From positions 1-64,000 of the IMG/VR virus record IMGVR_UViG_3300037249_000287: 64,000 bases of DNA. One strand, given 5' to 3'. A program made the position numbers and the translations under genes. The notes beneath the pieces were generated by a model. It was not told where the DNA came from. It ran no database searches and worked only from the letters and a program-made list of their open reading frames with translations. Source of the DNA: a virus (taxonomy: Duplodnaviria; Caudoviricetes). Every line of letters starts with the position of its first letter. The stretch's first letter is position 1. Below are positions 59,572-64,000 of this stretch, one piece after another.

Positions 59572-59703
59572 TTTGGTTTTTACAAAAAGTTTTTGTATCT
59601 TTGCATCGTAAATATGACGCTTAACTCCTACTAAGCATCAACAAACTTAACAATGGTAACGAGTAAATCTGCGGAGGTAGGAGACCGCATTTTGAAAGTT
59701 ACC
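59572..59703 (+). promoter_or_regulatory. Promoter plus kissing-loop/loop-E leader
   Basis: TTTG-20 nt-TATCTTTGCA; loops CUCCUAC / GUAGGAG; internal loop GAGUA/GAAA. Confidence 0.7.
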
Positions 59704-59718
59704 TTTTGTTTTATACTT

Positions 59719-60537
59719 ATGGAAGAGATATGGAAAGATGTAGTTGGTTACGAAGGTTTGTATCAAGTAAGCAACTTCGGAAATGTGAAAAGCGTAAAAA
59801 GGGTTATTAAGAGAGCCAAAAATACACATTTAAGTGTAAAAGAACGATTATTGAAAATACATCAAAACCACAAGGGGTACAAAATGGTTTGTTTGTCAAA
59901 GCAAGGCAAACAAAAATTTTGCACTATCCATCGCCTTGTTGCAAAAGCGTTTATTCCAAACCCTCAAAATTTACCTCAAGTTAATCACAAAGACGAAGAT
60001 AAGATGAATAATCATGTAGACAACTTGGAGTGGTGTACAAATAAATATAATATAAACTACAATAATGGTGCTGCATTTAAAAGAGGTGTTAAAACAAAAA
60101 AGGAAAGATATAACTGGAAGGATGTTTGCGAAAGAATGATTGAGACTAAAACAAAAAACAATGTTTACACAAAACCAATTCCAGTTAATCAATTTACATG
60201 GGATGGTGTCTTTATAAAAAGATTCCGTTCTTCAGAACAAGTAAGTCGGGAGCTTGGAATAAATGGCACACACAGAGTAGCACAAGGCTTAAATAGGCAC
60301 GCTGGTGGATATATCTGGTTGTTTGACGAAGATATTGACAAAATAAAAGACAGAGTGCTGAATAAAAAACCCGAAAAAAGAATAGTTCAATATGACAATA
60401 ATGGTAATTTTATAAAAACGTGGGAAAATCAAAAAGAAGCGTCCAAATATTTAGGATTAACTACTTCGTCATTATGTGCTTGCTTGCGTGGGCGCACAAA
60501 AACATGCGGTGGTTATATTTGGAAGTATTATGAATAA
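59719..60537 (+). CDS. NUMOD4-HNH homing endonuclease with two NUMOD1-like domains
   Basis: EEIWKDVVGYEGLYQVSNFG; IHRLVAKAFIPNPQNLPQVNHKDEDKMNNHVDNLEW. Confidence 0.9.
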   Translation: MEEIWKDVVGYEGLYQVSNFGNVKSVKRVIKRAKNTHLSVKERLLKIHQNHKGYKMVCLSKQGKQKFCTIHRLVAKAFIPNPQNLPQVNHKDEDKMNNHVDNLEWCTNKYNINYNNGAAFKRGVKTKKERYNWKDVCERMIETKTKNNVYTKPIPVNQFTWDGVFIKRFRSSEQVSRELGINGTHRVAQGLNRHAGGYIWLFDEDIDKIKDRVLNKKPEKRIVQYDNNGNFIKTWENQKEASKYLGLTTSSLCACLRGRTKTCGGYIWKYYE

Positions 60538-60611
60538 AAAGTAGCCAGATAATGTTCACTGTCAACACGGGCGATTGGCGAACAAAGAGTTAAACAACAA
60601 AACAAAAAATT

Positions 60612-60764
60612 ATGGAAGAGAAAAAAGTGTGCTGCATCTGTGGCAAAGAGTTTACAGAATGGCCGAACAATCCTTGGCCTATCAAACAATCGGGTGAGTG
60701 TTGTGACGAGTGCAATGCCAACAAGGTTGTGCCTGCACGTATCTTATTATCATTAAAAAAGTAA
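60612..60764 (+). CDS. Small zinc-finger protein (50 aa)
   Basis: Hand translation CCICGKEF...NNPWP...ECCDECN. Confidence 0.6.
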   Translation: MEEKKVCCICGKEFTEWPNNPWPIKQSGECCDECNANKVVPARILLSLKK

Positions 60765-60770
60765 TTGGTT

Positions 60771-61139
60771 ATGGTCTATTGGAGCGCAAGTGAGGCTGAA
60801 CGGATGCCCGTAGTTATGGATGCCGTTCTTCAAAAGTATTTCCCCGAAAAGACTTGGGGTGCAATACCTTTGATTAATACTAATGGCGATGTTGAACTTG
60901 TCACGATTGACAGGGTTGAATATACTGGTGGTGGCAAACATCATGACGAAAGCGAATGGACGCACTATGCCAACATTCAGTTGTACGATGGTGATGTGTG
61001 GGAACTCAACGAACAGTTCAAAGGTAAGAACGAAGACGAGATGTGGATTTATGGCTACTACAAGTCTTTTGGTTCTGCCGTAAGGAATCTTGCAAAGAAA
61101 GGAACGAAAGACAGGAAACCGATTAAAATTTGGATGTGA
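60771..61139 (+). CDS. Hypothetical protein
   Basis: ~122 aa. Confidence 0.6.
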   Translation: MVYWSASEAERMPVVMDAVLQKYFPEKTWGAIPLINTNGDVELVTIDRVEYTGGGKHHDESEWTHYANIQLYDGDVWELNEQFKGKNEDEMWIYGYYKSFGSAVRNLAKKGTKDRKPIKIWM

Positions 61140-61140
61140 T

Positions 61141-61344
61141 ATGACAAGAGTATTATTATTTGACGCAAACAAAATTGAGCGTCAGGAGTTAGAAGACAAA
61201 ACAAGCAATGAGCGTTATCAGTTTGCAATCAATGAATTGAAGACTGGAATCTGTGTGAGTATTATGACGTTGAAAGCCTTTCAGACGCTTTTCAACGAAG
61301 GTGTTATTAGTAGCGATTATCTGGTTTATTTTTATGAGTTATGA
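61141..61344 (+). CDS. Hypothetical protein
   Basis: Start re-set to 61141. Confidence 0.55.
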   Translation: MTRVLLFDANKIERQELEDKTSNERYQFAINELKTGICVSIMTLKAFQTLFNEGVISSDYLVYFYEL

Positions 61345-61544
61345 AAAATGAAATGAAGTATTTTGTAATTGAAGAAGACGCTGGGTTGTATAACATATTC
61401 AGTGTTGACGACTTTGATGATGATGGTTACCTTTCTGGCTACAATGGTCAAGACGGCTATCATCGTTCAGATTTTGACATTGTTGCGTGGTTTGAAACGT
61501 TTTGTGATGCTGTCAATTGGGAAGAAGAACATAGTAAGTATTAA
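61341..61544 (+). CDS. Small acidic hypothetical protein
   Basis: 67 aa. Confidence 0.55.
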   Translation: MKNEMKYFVIEEDAGLYNIFSVDDFDDDGYLSGYNGQDGYHRSDFDIVAWFETFCDAVNWEEEHSKY

Positions 61545-61563
61545 CAATTAAAATTTTAGGATT

Positions 61564-61815
61564 ATGAAAGATTACGAATGGAACGAAGAATTTCCAACCC
61601 AGAAGTCAATTGTCCGTCAGCACTTGTTAGACGGAAATTCTATCACACAACTTGAGGCTTTGAACCTCTGTGGCAGTTTACGTCTTAGCGCAATCATCTT
61701 CAAGTTACGTGAAGAGGGTATGCCGATTGAGATGGAGCGGTTGCAGGTGTCACATCGCAAACGTGTGGCCAACTATTATCTGCCTAAAGAATACATAGAA
61801 TCGCTTTCTAAGTGA
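61564..61815 (+). CDS. Winged helix-turn-helix protein
   Basis: HLLDGNSITQLEALNLCGSLRLSAIIFKLREEGMPI pattern. Confidence 0.75.
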   Translation: MKDYEWNEEFPTQKSIVRQHLLDGNSITQLEALNLCGSLRLSAIIFKLREEGMPIEMERLQVSHRKRVANYYLPKEYIESLSK

Positions 61816-61891
61816 TTTTAAAGCTTTCTAAGCGCATTTCGTGTGGTTTGCTTGATAGTTACAAGCCGCCACAATTTTAACGGCTTAAAAC
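61816..61891. repeat. Quasi-palindromic intergenic element, copy 4 (one arm 9 nt shorter)
   Basis: See copy 1. Confidence 0.6.
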
Positions 61892-61901
61892 GAAAAGAAA
61901 T

Positions 61902-62075
61902 ATGTTAAGAAAGAAAGTTTATAAGATAAGTAAGGAACGCGCAATAGAACTTGCGATGAATCATAATTGTGTTTCGCGTGAGATTGCAGAAAATTATACA
62001 GATAGCGAACTAAGGGAAGTTGTGTTGCATATAAGTGGTGGCGCAATGTCATTTAAGTTAATTGCAGACTTTTAA
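61902..62075 (+). CDS. Small hypothetical protein (57 aa)
   Basis: Hand translation MLRKKVYKISKERAIELAM... Confidence 0.5.
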   Translation: MLRKKVYKISKERAIELAMNHNCVSREIAENYTDSELREVVLHISGGAMSFKLIADF

Positions 62076-62088
62076 AACAAAAAGAAAT

Positions 62089-62295
62089 ATGGAAAAAGAA
62101 TGTTGGTTGTTTACGTTATGGACACCGATTGCAGGATATATCAACTGCTGGTATGAATGGTTTCCGTCAAAACAGGAGTTAATTAATGTTTGTCGTAAAT
62201 TTGGTGACAAAGAAGGATTGTATGCTATTATCAATGTAACCAAGTTAACAGAAGAACAGTATAACAAACTAACAAAAGACAGTAATGAAAAATAA
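62089..62295 (+). CDS. Hypothetical protein
   Basis: Start re-set to 62089. Confidence 0.5.
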   Translation: MEKECWLFTLWTPIAGYINCWYEWFPSKQELINVCRKFGDKEGLYAIINVTKLTEEQYNKLTKDSNEK

Positions 62296-62497
62296 TGAGG
62301 TAACTAATTTTATGCTCTACGTCTACAACAAGTGGGGCATCAACGAGGCGCATCTATTGTTTGGTAAGAATCTTGGCGACCATATATTTGGCAAGTGGAT
62401 TGAAAATCGTGGAGACCAGTTGTATTGGTATGCGGAACTTGACGAGAGTTGTCGCCAGAAGATAGTTGACAGGGCAAACGAGTTGTATAACAAATAA
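62285..62497 (+). CDS. Hypothetical protein
   Basis: 70 aa. Confidence 0.55.
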   Translation: MKNNEVTNFMLYVYNKWGINEAHLLFGKNLGDHIFGKWIENRGDQLYWYAELDESCRQKIVDRANELYNK

Positions 62498-62509
62498 ACA
62501 GAAACGATT

Positions 62510-62665
62510 ATGGCATACGTATTAACAGACGAACAACTTGACAGAATATGTGAGCGTTCAGCAGGATTATGTGGTAACAACTGCATGAAATGTGAAGCGT
62601 TCGCAGCCAACTGGCGGTACAACAACGGCTACGATGATGATGATGATAACGAAGAAGAATGGTAA
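62510..62665 (+). CDS. Small Cys-containing acidic protein (51 aa)
   Basis: Hand translation ending DDDDDNEEEW. Confidence 0.5.
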   Translation: MAYVLTDEQLDRICERSAGLCGNNCMKCEAFAANWRYNNGYDDDDDNEEEW

Positions 62666-62768
62666 CGTTCACTCTCAACACCGCCCGCCGCTGGCTTGCA
62701 TTTTGGTAAATAAAAGTTAAATATCTTAATTTATGTTTCCAAAACTTGCAATATTAAAACATACTTTG

Positions 62769-62941
62769 TATCTTTGCACCAAGTAATCGAGGTGGCTCTC
62801 GGATTATAGAGTGTTCTTAGCGCATTTTGAGAAAAATGATATATCCTATTTGTTAGGAAGAATTAGACCCTGTAACCCCGAGCCACAGTCCTTGCTAAAA
62901 AGGACAGGTTACGGGGTTAATTCTTTTATAGCAGATAGGAT
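62769..62941 (+). promoter_or_regulatory. Promoter plus long kissing-loop leader
   Basis: Loops GUGGCUC / GAGCCAC; long second hairpin ends 2 nt before GTG start. Confidence 0.65.
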
Positions 62942-62943
62942 TT

Positions 62944-63789
62944 GTGACAAAGACGATTAACATACCAATCAGCCTCATCAGGGGTTACAAGAGAGACAAA
63001 AACTCCCTTGAAATGCTGGCGTGTGCAATTATCATCAAAAGTCATTATCAAAATTCGTGCCTCTACGACCTTAAAATCACATCGGTAATGGAATTGTTCG
63101 GTGTGTCATATAAAAAGGCTCACAAGGTCTTGGAATCGCTTAGAACGCATGAATTATTCATCTATAACCCAAAGAAAGATTGTATCTTTGCAAAGTCTTT
63201 CAAATCTACGGAAACGAAATACTACGGAAAGAGACAAAGATATGCTGCCAAGGCTGACTATTGCAGGAAACTGCAAGTTACCGATGGCATGACATTACGC
63301 GAGTTGGTTCGTGAATTACGAAACACCTTACTTTTATGCGCTATCAACGCAAGCGAACAGGACGGCTTTATAGTTAGTGTAAACAAATCTATTCCAGCCA
63401 CGAAACCGAACGTACAACGTGCGATACCACAACGCAAATTGGCAATGTCTTTTGGAATGAGCAAATCATCCGCAAGTAGGTATATCAATAAGATGGTTGA
63501 TGACAAGAAAGTAAGCAAGACACAGATTGTAGCCGAATGTGTTATCACTGACCTTAATGAAAATACCGAAAGCGATTACCGTAAGATACAAACGAAGATA
63601 CCACACTACAAGGTTTGGCACAACGTCAAGTCTGGTGGTTGGTCTGCGTGGATTGTTTATGGTCGCGTTTACTCTATTATGGATAGGACAATAAGCGAAA
63701 GTTTTATGAATGTTATCTTCAACTATCGCTATCCAAATGTTTTCGAGGCACAAACAAGTAGTGAACTTGATGGCAAATGGAAATATTGA
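62944..63789 (+). CDS. Putative DNA-binding protein with HTH-like segments
   Basis: IPQRKLAMSFGMSKSSASRYINKM; basic composition. Confidence 0.6.
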   Translation: MTKTINIPISLIRGYKRDKNSLEMLACAIIIKSHYQNSCLYDLKITSVMELFGVSYKKAHKVLESLRTHELFIYNPKKDCIFAKSFKSTETKYYGKRQRYAAKADYCRKLQVTDGMTLRELVRELRNTLLLCAINASEQDGFIVSVNKSIPATKPNVQRAIPQRKLAMSFGMSKSSASRYINKMVDDKKVSKTQIVAECVITDLNENTESDYRKIQTKIPHYKVWHNVKSGGWSAWIVYGRVYSIMDRTISESFMNVIFNYRYPNVFEAQTSSELDGKWKY

Positions 63790-63828
63790 CTTTTTGCAAC
63801 GTACTATATAGTTAGTTAGTGTAAGAAT

Positions 63829-64000
63829 ATGAAGTACATAATTTATACGGATGGTGCTTATTCGCAGATGAATGATGAAGGTGCTTATGCTTTTGTTATT
63901 TTGACCGAATTAAACAATGAAGTTAAGAGGTTTGCGAAGAAGATTACCCATGAAACAAACAACCGTGCCGAATTAAAAGCAATTATCAATGCTATTCTAC
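63829..64000 (+). CDS. rnhA: Ribonuclease HI, truncated by window edge
   Basis: Hand translation MKYIIYTDGAYS...TNNRAELKAIINAI (RNase H motifs). Confidence 0.85.
   Translation, partial: MKYIIYTDGAYSQMNDEGAYAFVILTELNNEVKRFAKKITHETNNRAELKAIINAIL

Noticed and set aside
37050-60537. Endonucleases as group I/II intron-encoded ORFs
   Set aside because: Flanking genes appear intact with their own start and stop codons; each nuclease has its own promoter
357-63753. Numerous opposite-strand or alternate-frame ORFs in the track (e.g. 30158-30943, 42158-42853, 3610-3939)
   Set aside because: Shadows of well-supported genes, with no motifs or initiation signals
1-64000. tRNA or rRNA genes, stop-codon reassignment, integrase/att sites
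   Set aside because: No canonical T-arm/cloverleaf seen; long ORFs are intact under code 11; no tyrosine or large serine integrase, so lifestyle cannot be called

Overview
64-kb segment of a tailed (long-tailed, siphovirus-like) dsDNA phage of a Bacteroidota host, probably Prevotella/Bacteroidales-like. The host assignment rests on TAnnTTTGCA promoters and BACON, DUF3127-like and DUF6633-like genes; no host chromosomal genes are visible. Layout: (i) leftward late operon 22.1 kb to 1 (terminase, portal, holin, lysozyme, spanin, 2625-aa tail spike, tail accessory genes, a higher-GC receptor-binding cassette, a 4-gene module); (ii) divergent rightward head/tail operon 22.3-39.1 kb (scaffold, capsid, neck, tail tube, frameshifted chaperone, 2893-aa tape measure); (iii) leftward replication/modification operon 39.2-49.1 kb (SSBs, initiator with iterons, two methyltransferases, three free-standing endonucleases); (iv) a ~2.2-kb non-coding control region; (v) rightward early genes 51.3-64 kb (MutS-I/AAA plus vWA-like pair, serine recombinase, many small ORFs, RNase H). 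Best candidate for an undescribed system: a family of two-hairpin 5' leader RNAs, each behind its own host-type promoter and ahead of a homing-endonuclease-type or DNA-binding gene. The two hairpin loops differ in every copy yet are always perfectly complementary (7-8 nt kissing loop), and four copies carry a loop-E motif (AGUA/GAA). Other highlights: a ~1-kb ORF-free structured transcript with repeated AAAAGGU(A/G) motifs, an ~85-bp spacing-conserved quasi-palindromic intergenic repeat (4 copies), a MutS mismatch-recognition domain fused to a MoxR-like ATPase, and a DGR-target-like adhesin with no reverse transcriptase in the window. All structure and family calls are by eye; no searches were run.
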